46,228 nt of DNA, taken from positions 1 through 46,228 of the IMG/VR virus record IMGVR_UViG_3300043446_003463; one strand, written 5' to 3'. Below the pieces are notes generated by a model, which was given only the letters and a program-made list of their open reading frames with translations, searched no databases and was not told the DNA's origin. This DNA comes from a virus (lineage: Duplodnaviria > Caudoviricetes). The stretch's first letter is position 1; each line of letters opens with the position of its first letter. Position numbers and translations under genes: made by a program. Below are positions 27,936 to 38,226 of the stretch, in pieces.

Positions 27936-28217
27936 ATGCCACAACTTCCACAAAATTTTCAATGGCCGGGAAATGTTATATTGGCAAGTACGCTTGGTCT
28001 AACGGGAGAGTTTCCCGACACGCTCACGTATGAGAACCGAGCATATCGCAAAATTGGCCCCACGTATTATCTCGACCCTACATTATTAAGGGCAAATAAT
28101 ACCATTGTTGAGGCCAACCGCATAGTGATTGGCTACGTATATGAGACCTCACCTCAACTTGGTAGCGTCGAAAAACTTCGAATTGGCGACGATTCATTAA
28201 CGGCATCCGCTAACTAA
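27936..28217 (+). CDS. Hypothetical protein
   Basis: 93-aa ORF starting 3 nt after the His-rich gene; GGAG SD. Confidence 0.6.
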   Translation: MPQLPQNFQWPGNVILASTLGLTGEFPDTLTYENRAYRKIGPTYYLDPTLLRANNTIVEANRIVIGYVYETSPQLGSVEKLRIGDDSLTASAN

Positions 28218-28238
28218 AGAATTTTCCTAAATACCAGT

Positions 28239-28592
28239 ATGGTTCATCACGAGCACCGCTGCGACTCTGTAGAGGTTGCAACCGTTACACCGGGGAACGC
28301 TAGTATTCTTCCTGGCACGGTAGTCGTGTGTCTTGAATCCATTGTCGTAGACGTGCCGGTGCTTGTGTATGCGACGCCCCACCAGTGGGGAGAAATCCAA
28401 GAAGACAATTTATTTGACGGGTATGCTAAAACATTTAATGGTCGAGGGCCGCCTCAGCAGATATGGAACGATACCCGCCAGATATCCCCCCTCAGTATTA
28501 CAACGTACCCGATCCTAACGGGTATTATTTCGACAGTTCCGTCATTTTCTCTCACCAGCATTGACCCATGCGGAGGTATAGCGCATGGCTAG
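28239..28592 (+). CDS. Hypothetical protein
   Basis: CTAAATA 5 nt before the ATG; overlaps the start of the giant gene. Confidence 0.5.
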   Translation: MVHHEHRCDSVEVATVTPGNASILPGTVVVCLESIVVDVPVLVYATPHQWGEIQEDNLFDGYAKTFNGRGPPQQIWNDTRQISPLSITTYPILTGIISTVPSFSLTSIDPCGGIAHG

Positions 28593-31500
28593 CGATCGTG
28601 TATTTTATTATGCGGAATTCGTCAATGCGATCAGTAATATCTCAACGACGGATAATACCGCCGTCACCGTAACATTTACTCCCAATCCGAGTAAATCGTA
28701 TGCGTATATTTGGTCGGCGCAAGCGGAAGCGGGCAGCACTAACTTTGACGTTAACGTCAAACTGAAAAAAGATGGCACGGCGATTGCGTCGGTCAATATC
28801 GAAGATAAAGATACAGCAGACTGGCATCCGGTTTCGGGTGTCTATGCGGAAACCTTTAATGCGACTCCTGCGCAAGTCAGTCTGACGATTACTGCGGCAA
28901 GTGAATCGGGAAGTTCAGCGGATATTCGAGAAGCCCGTATCCTTGTCCTAGAGCTGGGCAGTAATGATACGTTTGGAGGAAACACCAGCACATCCAACAC
29001 TACCAGCACCGCGTTTAGCACAGCGGTCGGAGTCACATGGACACCGGGAAGTGCTGAAGATTACATCGTCTTAGGATCACAGGAAGCCACGTTTAGTGCG
29101 GCCGGTGAATTCATTACTCGTATTAATCACGGCGGCACGGCGTATGGAACCGCCACACCACGACCAAAAGATTCCACGAATTTTTATGGGGGTATGCACG
29201 CCGTATACCTGTCCAGTCTGAGCGGCGCGCAGACGGCCAACATTGAATTTGCGCGAAGCGCGACGGCTACAGGAACAGCATCATGTCGTAACGCACAAGT
29301 CGTCGTCTTACGTGTATCAGATTTCCCTGCGGTGTGGCAGGCCAGTAACAGAACCCGCGCCACAACAACCGCCGCCACAGCAACAGTCCGATCGAACGCC
29401 GCAACGACGGTAGTGACTACGGCTCGTGTCGCCGTTATTGGTGCGTCTGTTCGGGATCACAACGCAACCAATGAATCGGCGCTGTCTGATATTGCGGAAA
29501 ACGGTACCGCTCTTGTAGGCACCACGTCGCAGGAAGCACAGGTTGCCTCGACCACCATCGACGTACCGTCAAGTCCGTGGGGACAAGTAGTCGTCAAATA
29601 TCCTGTCGCAGCAAGCGCCTCGTATACGACGCGGTATTGGTCAGAAGTGAGCGGAACCTCGACTGGTATTAGCGATTCACAAATTGTTGTGATGCGGCTG
29701 GAATACCCAAACCAGACAGTTTCCGCTGGAACAAATACAATTACAGCAACAGATGCCACTGCGACTCGATCGACCACAACAAATAAGTCGGCCGGAACAA
29801 ATACGATTACGGAGACTGCCGGTGCGGCAACGAGGTCCGCGTCGAAGAACCTTGCGGCCGGAACCAATACGATTGCGATAACCGATGCGACTGTCACTCA
29901 AACGAGCGGCGCCACAAATAAGTCGGCCGGAACCAATACAATTACCGTGACCGCGGCCGAAGAAACCATTGCTGAACAAATAACGGTATCGACTGGCACA
30001 AATACCATTACAAGTTCCGCACCAACGGTAATACTCTCGGCATCACAAACAGTCGTTCTATCTACAAATCCGCAGACAAGCGATATTACTGCGCCGATGG
30101 TTACGCAAAGTTTTGGTATTACTCTTGCCGTTAATACCAACGAAGTATATACCCCCTATCTTGATGTTCCCGTCGAGACCTATGGGGATACGCCCGTTCA
30201 AGAGTTTCTCGAACCACACCCCGATATTCTAAACGTTGAAGCGGGGCCCGCAGAAATTCCGGGAACCCGTTTAGTTGTTTCAAATAATACACTCACACTG
30301 GTTGCTTCTACTATTAGCACATCGGTGAATCGCCCGTATCTGGTCGCCGGCAATAGTATCACGCTCACGGCCGCGGAAGAAACCACGCATCTAGTTATTC
30401 CGATCACCGCCAGTATCATCACCCTAACGGCGCCGACCGAAACGGTTCATCTTGCGATTTCAGTCGCCAGCAATACGCTGCGAATTATTGCGTCCGAGGA
30501 AACCACCCATCGCGATGTGCCGGTGGCCACGAATACGATTACGCTCACAGCTGGCGAAGAAACCACGCATCTGGTTATTCCAGTCGCCATTAATATACTC
30601 ACGCTCACGGCCGCTGAAGAGACCACGCATCGTGTGGTATTGGCCGCGACGAGTACCATTATCACCTCCGCCCAAGCAATCACCGGACATCTCTTTGTGC
30701 CGGTCGCCACGAATACAATAACACTACGTGCGGGTGAAGAAACTGAACACGTTGTCATTCCGGTCGCCACCAATACAGTGACACTAACTGCGGCCGAAGA
30801 GACGACACATCGGGTGATACCGGTCGCGACCAATACGATTACACTCCAGGCAACGGCAACGACCACACATCTCGTTATTCCCGTATTCGTGAATACGCTC
30901 ACCCTGACGGCCGCCGAAGAGACCGAGCACGTTATCATTCCCGTCACGACCAATAGCATCGTTGCGGTAGCATCGGCGCTCACGCTCCATCAGGGTGCGT
31001 TAGTAACCAGTAGCACGATTACGACTGTTGCAAATGGCGTCACACCGCATCTGTTCATTTCCGTTGCCACCAACACGCTCACGCTCACGGCCGCCGAAGA
31101 AACGGAATATGTAACTATTCCGGTAGCCACAAACAGCATGACGCTATCGGGTGGGAATGTTACAGTACATCAAGTCGCGTTGGTAGATACCAATACCATT
31201 ACTCTAACTGCAAATACCGCCACAGCAGTGAGTGCCGCCGCGGTGATTAATGTAAATGCAGCCGTAATTGATACGTCAAATGGTGCCTTACGCCTTGGTC
31301 TTGTTCTCAAAGTCAATACCAACGAAGTGATTCTGCCGTTCAATACGGTGCCGATTGCCGGCTACGAAGACGTACCGATTAGCGACTTTTACAATCCGGC
31401 GCCCGATGTGCTGTCTCCGAACGGGCCGACGGCCATACTGGCGGCAGGCGCAGTGTCTCGCGGCACAAATGTTAATATTTTCACCGTCACCGCAAACACC

Positions 31501-34500
31501 GCGACGCTTGCATTTGGATTATCCACTAACGTCAACACGATCACGCTCAGTGCGGAAGAAGCTCGCATTGCTGAAACTCTACTAGAGACCGACACCGCAA
31601 GTATTGGTAGTAGTGCGCCGGCGGCGACACGCATCGCGACACTCTCTCGCGCCGCAGCAACCACGACACTCACCGTCACCGCACAAACCGTGACGCTGCA
31701 TCAAGGGGTTCTTGTTGCCGCGGGAACAATTACTGCCTCGGTCGGTGCGATTACTCCGCATCTATTCGTACCGGTAGCCACCAATACGATTATCGTTCGT
31801 GCCGGTGAAGAAACCGAGCACGTCGTTACTCCTGTGGCCACGGCGACTATCCGCCTCTCGGCCCAAACGGTCACACTCCATCAAGTTATACTGGTTGCGA
31901 CCGCTACGATTCGAATTACCGCAAGTGAAGAAACCGCATACGTGGTCATTCCTGTCGCCACGAATACCATCACACTGACGGCAGCGGAAGAAACCACGGC
32001 AATTGATACACCGGTTTCGGTGAATACGCTCACCGCATCGGCACCAAACGTCACGACGCACTTGGTCGTCCCCGTGGCGACGAACACCATCACGTTCACG
32101 GCGGCAGAAGAAACCGAATATGTGTTTGTGCCGGTCACCGCCGCAACAGTCGTCAGCAGTGTATCGTCAGTGACGATGCATGTGAGTATTCCGGTTACGG
32201 TTAACACGCTCACACTCACGGCAGCGGAACAAACCGAGCATCTCGTCATACCAGTGACGACCAACACGCTCACGCTCACCGTGGGAGCCGTTACAGCACA
32301 TCTATTTGTGCCCATTACGCACAATGACGTAACCATTACGTCAAATACCATAACGGTGCATCTGGTTGTACCCGTTGCGACCAACCGCATTATTGTGACG
32401 GCACAAGATGAAACCATCCATCTGGCCATCCCTGTTGCGACAAACACCGTGACGTTGACGGCCGCCGAAGAAACCGAGCATCTGGTTATTCCGGTGGCGA
32501 CAAATACCATTATCGTCACGGCGGAAAATCAAACGACCCATCTGGTTCTCCCCGTCGCGGTCAATACGATTATCGTGACCGCAGAAGAAGAAACGTCACA
32601 TCTCGTCATTCCGGTCGCAACAAATAGTATCACACTGACGGCCGCCGAAGAGACCGAGCACGTTGTCATTCCCGTGGCCACGAATACGCTCACGCTCACG
32701 GCCGCGGAAGAGACGGCGCACCTCATGGTGCCCGTGACCGTCAACATCATTGGAGTATCCGCACAAGAGATCACCGAGCATCTCACCGTGCCGATTGCTA
32801 CAAATACAATCGTTCTGACCGCAGCGGAGGAAACGACCGTCCTCGTTGTGCCTGTCGCAACCAATGAAATAACGGTCACCTCGAATGATGTAACATCACA
32901 TCTGTTCGTACCGGCCGCGACCAATACGATTACACTCACGGCGGCCGAAGAGACCGAACATGTATTTGTGCCGGTGTCGGTCGCAACGGTGGCGATTACC
33001 GCACAGAATGTCACTGAGCATCAAGTCATTCTCGTTGCCGTGAACACGATCACACTCACCGCGGCCGAAGAAACCGAGCATGTGTTTATGCCGGTGGCGA
33101 CGAACGTGATTGTGGCGGTCGCACAGAATGTCACCGAGCATCTGGTCATCCCTGTCGCAACCAACCGTATTCGTGTATCGGCGGAAGAAGCAACCACGCC
33201 TCTGGTGATTCCGGTCGCCACCAACACGATCACATTAACGGCGGCGGAAGAAACCACTGTCCTTATCGTTCCTGCCGCAACCAATACGCTGACGATTACC
33301 GCCGGTGAGGTGACCGAACATCAAGGCATTCTGGTCGCCACCAGTACGATTACACTCACCGCAGCCGAAGAGACCACGCATCGCGTCGTGCCCGTGGCGA
33401 CAAACACCCTCACGCTCACCGCCGCAGAGGAAACAGAGCACGTCGCGATTCCTGTGGCGACCAACACGATTGTGCTATCGGCTGATGCCGTCACTGAGCA
33501 TCAAGGTCTCTTGGTCGTCACCAACACAATCGCCCTCATCGGTAATGCAATCACCGAGCACCTCTTCGTACCGGTCGCGACCAACACGGTGACACTGACG
33601 GCGGCGGAAGAAACGACGGCTATATTTGTTCCCGTCGCCGTTAACACGCTCACGCTCACGACCAACGCCGTCACGATGCATCTGGCGATTCCTGTCGCCA
33701 CCAATACGATTACGCTCACCGCCGCAGAGGAAACCGAGCATCTGGTCGTACCAGTTAACACGGCAACCCTCACGAGCAGCGTGTCTGCAATCACCGTGCA
33801 TCAGGGTATCCTTGTTGCCACCAATACGATTACGCTGACGGCGTCGGAAGAGACGACACATCGGGTGGTACCGGTAACGACGAACACGGTGACATTCACG
33901 GCCGCGGAAGAGACCGAACATCTGTTCGTGCCGGTCGCCACCAACATACTCACACTTACCGCTGAAGAAGAGACCGAACATCTCGTCATTCCTGTCGCCA
34001 CCAATACCCTCACGTTGACGGCCGCCGAAGAGACGGAACATGTGTTTGTACCGGTCGCGACGAATACGATTACGCTCACGGCCGCGGAAGAGACCGAACA
34101 TCTGTTCGTGCCGGTCGCAACAAATACCGTTGATATAGTTGTGCCGACGGTGACGGAACATCAAGGCATTCTGGTCGTGGCCGCGACGATTCGTATTACC
34201 GCCGAAGAAGAAACTGAACATCTTGTGATACCGGTCGCCGTGAATACGATTACGCTCACGGCCGCAGAAGAAACCACGCATCTGGTCGTGCCGGTTACCG
34301 CGGCGACGATCATTGTTATCGCAAACGCCATCACCCTACATCAAGTCGTGCTTGTGTCCACGAATACGGTAGATCTCTCAGCATCTGCCGTGACGCTGCA
34401 TCAGGGTGCGTTAATAGCAACTAATCCGATTGTGATGAGTGCAAGTGCGACCACGACGCATCTGTTCGTGCCTGTCGCGGCCAACGCCCTCACGCTCACG

Positions 34501-37500
34501 GCGGCCGAAGAAACCGAACATCTCGTTATTCCTGTCGCGACCAACATCATCGCGGTCACCGCCGGAGAAGAAACTACGCATGTGTTCATGCCGGTGGCGA
34601 CGAATACGATTACGCTCACGGCCGCCGAAGAGTCCTTAGTGTTCATTATGCCGGTCGCGACGGGCCCGATAATCATATCCGCACAGGATATCGTCGAACA
34701 TCAAGGCATTCTGGTTGCGACGAGTACGCTCACCCTCACTGCCGCCGAAGAGACCGAACATGTGTTCATGCCGGTGGCGACGAATCGACTGGACCTCACC
34801 GCACAAGATACAACCGTCTTCGTGTTCGTACCGGTCAACACCAATAGTATCACAGTTGTGGCAGGAGCAGTCACCGAGCATCAGGGTCTCTTGGTCGCCA
34901 CGAATACGATTACGCTCACGGCTGCGGAAGAAACTGAACATCCGGTCGTACCCGTGGCAACAAATGCGATTGGGATGTCGGCAAACGCAGTCACGGAACA
35001 TCTGACGATTCCCGTTGCGACCAACACGATTGACGTAATCAGCAATACGATAACCGAACATCTAACGATCCCTGTCGCCACCAATACGATTACGCTCACC
35101 GCGGCTGAAGAGACCGAGCATCTGTTTGTGCCGGTGGCGACGAACACCATCATCGTCACGGCTGAAAACGAAACGACGCATCTGAGTATTCCTGTTGCGG
35201 CGACGACGATTATTATCTCCGCACAAGACGTGACTACACATCTCGTTGTGCCGGTGGCCACCAATACGATTACGCTGACGGCGTCGGAAGAGACCGAACA
35301 TGTGTTCATGCCGGTCGCAACGAATATTATTACACTCACCGCCGGCGAAGAAACCGAACATCTGTTCGTGCCCGTGGCGACCAATACGATTACGCTCACT
35401 GCCGCCGAAGAGACCGAACATGTGTTCATGCCGGTGACGATGAATCAGATCGACGTGACGGCGCAAGATACCACGGTATTCCTCTCGATGCCCGTCGCAG
35501 CCACCACACTGACCCTCACGGCCAATGACGTGACGGAACATCAGGGCATTCTGGTGGCCACCGCAACGATTGCTATTACGGCCGCCGAAGAGACCGAACA
35601 TGTGTTCATGCCGGTGGCGACGAATACCATTACGACCTCGGTGAATGCGGTCACCGTGCATCAGGGTATACTGGTCGCGACCAATAGTATCACACTGTTT
35701 GCCGATGCCGTCACGGAACATCAAGGCATACTGGTCGCAACGAATACGCTCACGCTCACCGCGGCGGAAGAAGCCGCCTATCTGTTCATACCGGTGGCGG
35801 TGGCAACACTCATTATCACCGCACAGGAGAGCACTACACATCTCTTCGTGCCCGTCACCACCAATACACTGACACTGACGGCCGCCGAAGAAACCGAGCA
35901 TGTGTTTATGCCGGTGGCGACGAACACGCTGGTAATCAGTGCTCAGACAGTGACGACGCATCTGTTCGTGCCGGTGGCCACCAATACGATTACGCTCACC
36001 GCAGCGGAAGAAACTCAACATCTCTTCATGCCGGTGGCGACGAATACAATCACGTTCACCGCCGCCGAAGAAACCGAACATCTGTTCGTGCCGGTGGCCA
36101 CCAATACACTGACGGTGACCGCAGGTGAGGTGACTGAGCATCAGGGCATTCTGGTTGCGACGAACACCATTACGATTACGGCCGCTGAAGAAACCGAGCA
36201 TCTAGTCGTACCCGTCGCCACGAATATGCTGACCGTTTCGGGTGGAGCGGTCACCGAGCATCTCACGATACCGGCTGGATTCAATACAATCAATATTGTT
36301 ACAGGTAGCGTGACCTCTACCAGTCTGTTTGTGGTAGAGACCAACCTTATCAACGTCACAACCGCCGAAGGTAGTGTGTGTAGTGTGTATGGTGACTTTA
36401 ACTATGGGTCGCAACCATATGGCTGTACGGCAGAAGAGGCGGGGGTTCTTATTCACCTCACCATGCCGATGGCGACCAATATTCTATATCTGTCGGCACC
36501 AGAAGAAACGACACACCTGAATGTCTCTGTCGCAACGGGGGCGATTGATATTACGGCGCCCGCAACAACCGAGCATCTCGCGATTCCGGTGGCGACTAAT
36601 ATTATTACCGTGAGCGCCGGCGACGAAACCCTCACGGTCGTCATTCCGGTCGAGCCGGCCACCTTGACGGTAAGTGCGGGCGAAATCAGTACCGCATTAA
36701 CGATGCCCGTGTCCATTAACACACTCGATATTACCGCCGAGGTGGTTACTGAGCATCAGGGTATTCTCCTCGACCCTGCCGCAATTACGGTGACAGCGGA
36801 ACCTGTCGCCGCGTATATCATCATTCGCGTTGACACTAATATTCTGACCGTGACGGCGGCGGAAGAAACCGAGCATCTGTTTGTGCCCGTCAGTGTCAAT
36901 GCTGTGACGCTGACGAATGGTGCGGTGACAATGCACCTTGCGGTGCCGATCGCGACCAATACACTCATCCTCACCGCCGCCGAAGAAACCGAACATCTCT
37001 TCGTGCCCGTCGCCACCAATACACTGACACTGACGGCCGCCGAAGAAACCGAGCATGTGTTTATGCCGGTGGCCACGAATACGATTATGCTCACGGCGGC
37101 GGAAGAAACGACACATCTGTTCGTGCCCGTGGCGACCAATACGCTCATTCTCATCGCGGGTGAAACGACATCACATCTCTTTGTGCCTGTCGCGACCAAC
37201 ATCATCACGTTTACCGCTGGAGAAGAAACTGAGCATGTGTTTGTGCCGGTGGCGACGAATATTATTATACTCACGGCCGCCGAAGAGACCGAACATCTGT
37301 TCGTGCCGGTCGCAACAAATACCGTTGATATAGTTGTGCCGACGGTGACGGAACATCAAGGCATTTTGGTGGCGACCGCGCCGATTCGTATTACCGCCGA
37401 AGAAGAAACTCAACATCTCTTCATGCCGGTCGCGACCAATACAATCTCACTCACGGCGGGTGAGGAAACCGAGCATCAGGGCATTCTGGTTGAATCAAAT

Positions 37501-37920
37501 AGGATTGACCTGACGAACGGTGCGGTCGTGGCACATCAAGTGCAGTTGGTGGACACGAACCGCATCACGCTCATCCCGACTGATACCTCAATCTTCGTGT
37601 CTGGTGTGATTGATGAGTCGGCGGTTATTGTGGTTATTGCTGGTGATGTGGTTGCGTACTACAATGCTCGTCGCGACGTAGATACGAATACCATCACACT
37701 TACGGCGGCGGAAGAACGTACCAATCTCGTCATATTAGTTGAATCGAATACCATCCGTCTAGAGATTGGTGGTATCGATATGACAGTGGTAGCACCAGCA
37801 GAGTCGATGATCGACGCGCAACTCTTTGTCGTGGAACCGAACTTCGATACGTATCTTGTGCCATCGTATTCAGAAACGACCTTTGCGGTGGAACCAAACG
37901 ACGACACCTTTTACATCTAA
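28585..37920 (+). CDS. Giant 3111-aa repeat protein (putative fibre rope/ruler)
   Basis: Uninterrupted ORF with GGAGG SD; ~370-aa beta-rich N-domain, then about 130 x 20-aa repeats (HLxVPVATNTITLTAAEETE). Confidence 0.9.
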   Translation: MASDRVFYYAEFVNAISNISTTDNTAVTVTFTPNPSKSYAYIWSAQAEAGSTNFDVNVKLKKDGTAIASVNIEDKDTADWHPVSGVYAETFNATPAQVSLTITAASESGSSADIREARILVLELGSNDTFGGNTSTSNTTSTAFSTAVGVTWTPGSAEDYIVLGSQEATFSAAGEFITRINHGGTAYGTATPRPKDSTNFYGGMHAVYLSSLSGAQTANIEFARSATATGTASCRNAQVVVLRVSDFPAVWQASNRTRATTTAATATVRSNAATTVVTTARVAVIGASVRDHNATNESALSDIAENGTALVGTTSQEAQVASTTIDVPSSPWGQVVVKYPVAASASYTTRYWSEVSGTSTGISDSQIVVMRLEYPNQTVSAGTNTITATDATATRSTTTNKSAGTNTITETAGAATRSASKNLAAGTNTIAITDATVTQTSGATNKSAGTNTITVTAAEETIAEQITVSTGTNTITSSAPTVILSASQTVVLSTNPQTSDITAPMVTQSFGITLAVNTNEVYTPYLDVPVETYGDTPVQEFLEPHPDILNVEAGPAEIPGTRLVVSNNTLTLVASTISTSVNRPYLVAGNSITLTAAEETTHLVIPITASIITLTAPTETVHLAISVASNTLRIIASEETTHRDVPVATNTITLTAGEETTHLVIPVAINILTLTAAEETTHRVVLAATSTIITSAQAITGHLFVPVATNTITLRAGEETEHVVIPVATNTVTLTAAEETTHRVIPVATNTITLQATATTTHLVIPVFVNTLTLTAAEETEHVIIPVTTNSIVAVASALTLHQGALVTSSTITTVANGVTPHLFISVATNTLTLTAAEETEYVTIPVATNSMTLSGGNVTVHQVALVDTNTITLTANTATAVSAAAVINVNAAVIDTSNGALRLGLVLKVNTNEVILPFNTVPIAGYEDVPISDFYNPAPDVLSPNGPTAILAAGAVSRGTNVNIFTVTANTATLAFGLSTNVNTITLSAEEARIAETLLETDTASIGSSAPAATRIATLSRAAATTTLTVTAQTVTLHQGVLVAAGTITASVGAITPHLFVPVATNTIIVRAGEETEHVVTPVATATIRLSAQTVTLHQVILVATATIRITASEETAYVVIPVATNTITLTAAEETTAIDTPVSVNTLTASAPNVTTHLVVPVATNTITFTAAEETEYVFVPVTAATVVSSVSSVTMHVSIPVTVNTLTLTAAEQTEHLVIPVTTNTLTLTVGAVTAHLFVPITHNDVTITSNTITVHLVVPVATNRIIVTAQDETIHLAIPVATNTVTLTAAEETEHLVIPVATNTIIVTAENQTTHLVLPVAVNTIIVTAEEETSHLVIPVATNSITLTAAEETEHVVIPVATNTLTLTAAEETAHLMVPVTVNIIGVSAQEITEHLTVPIATNTIVLTAAEETTVLVVPVATNEITVTSNDVTSHLFVPAATNTITLTAAEETEHVFVPVSVATVAITAQNVTEHQVILVAVNTITLTAAEETEHVFMPVATNVIVAVAQNVTEHLVIPVATNRIRVSAEEATTPLVIPVATNTITLTAAEETTVLIVPAATNTLTITAGEVTEHQGILVATSTITLTAAEETTHRVVPVATNTLTLTAAEETEHVAIPVATNTIVLSADAVTEHQGLLVVTNTIALIGNAITEHLFVPVATNTVTLTAAEETTAIFVPVAVNTLTLTTNAVTMHLAIPVATNTITLTAAEETEHLVVPVNTATLTSSVSAITVHQGILVATNTITLTASEETTHRVVPVTTNTVTFTAAEETEHLFVPVATNILTLTAEEETEHLVIPVATNTLTLTAAEETEHVFVPVATNTITLTAAEETEHLFVPVATNTVDIVVPTVTEHQGILVVAATIRITAEEETEHLVIPVAVNTITLTAAEETTHLVVPVTAATIIVIANAITLHQVVLVSTNTVDLSASAVTLHQGALIATNPIVMSASATTTHLFVPVAANALTLTAAEETEHLVIPVATNIIAVTAGEETTHVFMPVATNTITLTAAEESLVFIMPVATGPIIISAQDIVEHQGILVATSTLTLTAAEETEHVFMPVATNRLDLTAQDTTVFVFVPVNTNSITVVAGAVTEHQGLLVATNTITLTAAEETEHPVVPVATNAIGMSANAVTEHLTIPVATNTIDVISNTITEHLTIPVATNTITLTAAEETEHLFVPVATNTIIVTAENETTHLSIPVAATTIIISAQDVTTHLVVPVATNTITLTASEETEHVFMPVATNIITLTAGEETEHLFVPVATNTITLTAAEETEHVFMPVTMNQIDVTAQDTTVFLSMPVAATTLTLTANDVTEHQGILVATATIAITAAEETEHVFMPVATNTITTSVNAVTVHQGILVATNSITLFADAVTEHQGILVATNTLTLTAAEEAAYLFIPVAVATLIITAQESTTHLFVPVTTNTLTLTAAEETEHVFMPVATNTLVISAQTVTTHLFVPVATNTITLTAAEETQHLFMPVATNTITFTAAEETEHLFVPVATNTLTVTAGEVTEHQGILVATNTITITAAEETEHLVVPVATNMLTVSGGAVTEHLTIPAGFNTINIVTGSVTSTSLFVVETNLINVTTAEGSVCSVYGDFNYGSQPYGCTAEEAGVLIHLTMPMATNILYLSAPEETTHLNVSVATGAIDITAPATTEHLAIPVATNIITVSAGDETLTVVIPVEPATLTVSAGEISTALTMPVSINTLDITAEVVTEHQGILLDPAAITVTAEPVAAYIIIRVDTNILTVTAAEETEHLFVPVSVNAVTLTNGAVTMHLAVPIATNTLILTAAEETEHLFVPVATNTLTLTAAEETEHVFMPVATNTIMLTAAEETTHLFVPVATNTLILIAGETTSHLFVPVATNIITFTAGEETEHVFVPVATNIIILTAAEETEHLFVPVATNTVDIVVPTVTEHQGILVATAPIRITAEEETQHLFMPVATNTISLTAGEETEHQGILVESNRIDLTNGAVVAHQVQLVDTNRITLIPTDTSIFVSGVIDESAVIVVIAGDVVAYYNARRDVDTNTITLTAAEERTNLVILVESNTIRLEIGGIDMTVVAPAESMIDAQLFVVEPNFDTYLVPSYSETTFAVEPNDDTFYI
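29710..37790 (+). repeat. 60-bp-period degenerate coding tandem array
   Basis: Consensus close to CATCTGTTCGTGCCGGTCGCGACCAATACGATTACGCTCACGGCCGCCGAAGAAACCGAG; three non-repeat interruptions. Confidence 0.9.
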
Positions 37921-37944
37921 CGGGTAGGAAGGATAAATACGCAT

Positions 37945-38226
37945 ATGGCATTTATTGTTGGCACACTCACCAAAGACCCTGACGAAACCCGTCTCTACAA
38001 GATGGATTGGTCCGCGCATTTAGGGCAAGAGACAATTGCAAATTCCGCATGGGCGATTCCTGCGGGGTTGACACTTGTCGCGAACGGGATTGTTGAAGGG
38101 AACAATAAGACCTATGTCACGCTTGCCGGTGGCGAAACCGGCAAGACCTACGTCATTACCAACACGGTCTATACCAGCAACAGCCAAATTTGGCAACGCA
38201 GCGGTCGTCTTGACGTGCGGTCATAA
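37945..38226 (+). CDS. Putative fibre-tail adaptor protein (Ig-like)
   Basis: KDPDE...Y..DW...L..ETI..S.W..P.GLT...V.L.GG..G..Y...N.V......RS pattern; ATAAATA 5 nt upstream. Confidence 0.7.
   Translation: MAFIVGTLTKDPDETRLYKMDWSAHLGQETIANSAWAIPAGLTLVANGIVEGNNKTYVTLAGGETGKTYVITNTVYTSNSQIWQRSGRLDVRS

Noticed and set aside
29457-37416. Many long minus-strand and alternate-frame ORFs (e.g. 35062-36201)
   Set aside because: Shadows of the repetitive 3111-aa plus-strand gene; no SDs or independent motifs.
26932-37790. CRISPR array in the 27-bp and 60-bp periodic regions
   Set aside because: Repeats are contiguous and in frame, vary at synonymous positions, have no unique spacers, and no cas genes are present.
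21788-38226. Diversity-generating retroelement, invertible cassette or transposon explaining the inverted island
   Set aside because: No reverse transcriptase, recombinase, terminal inverted repeats or adenine-specific TR/VR pair seen; the island uses the same late promoter motif as the rest of the phage.
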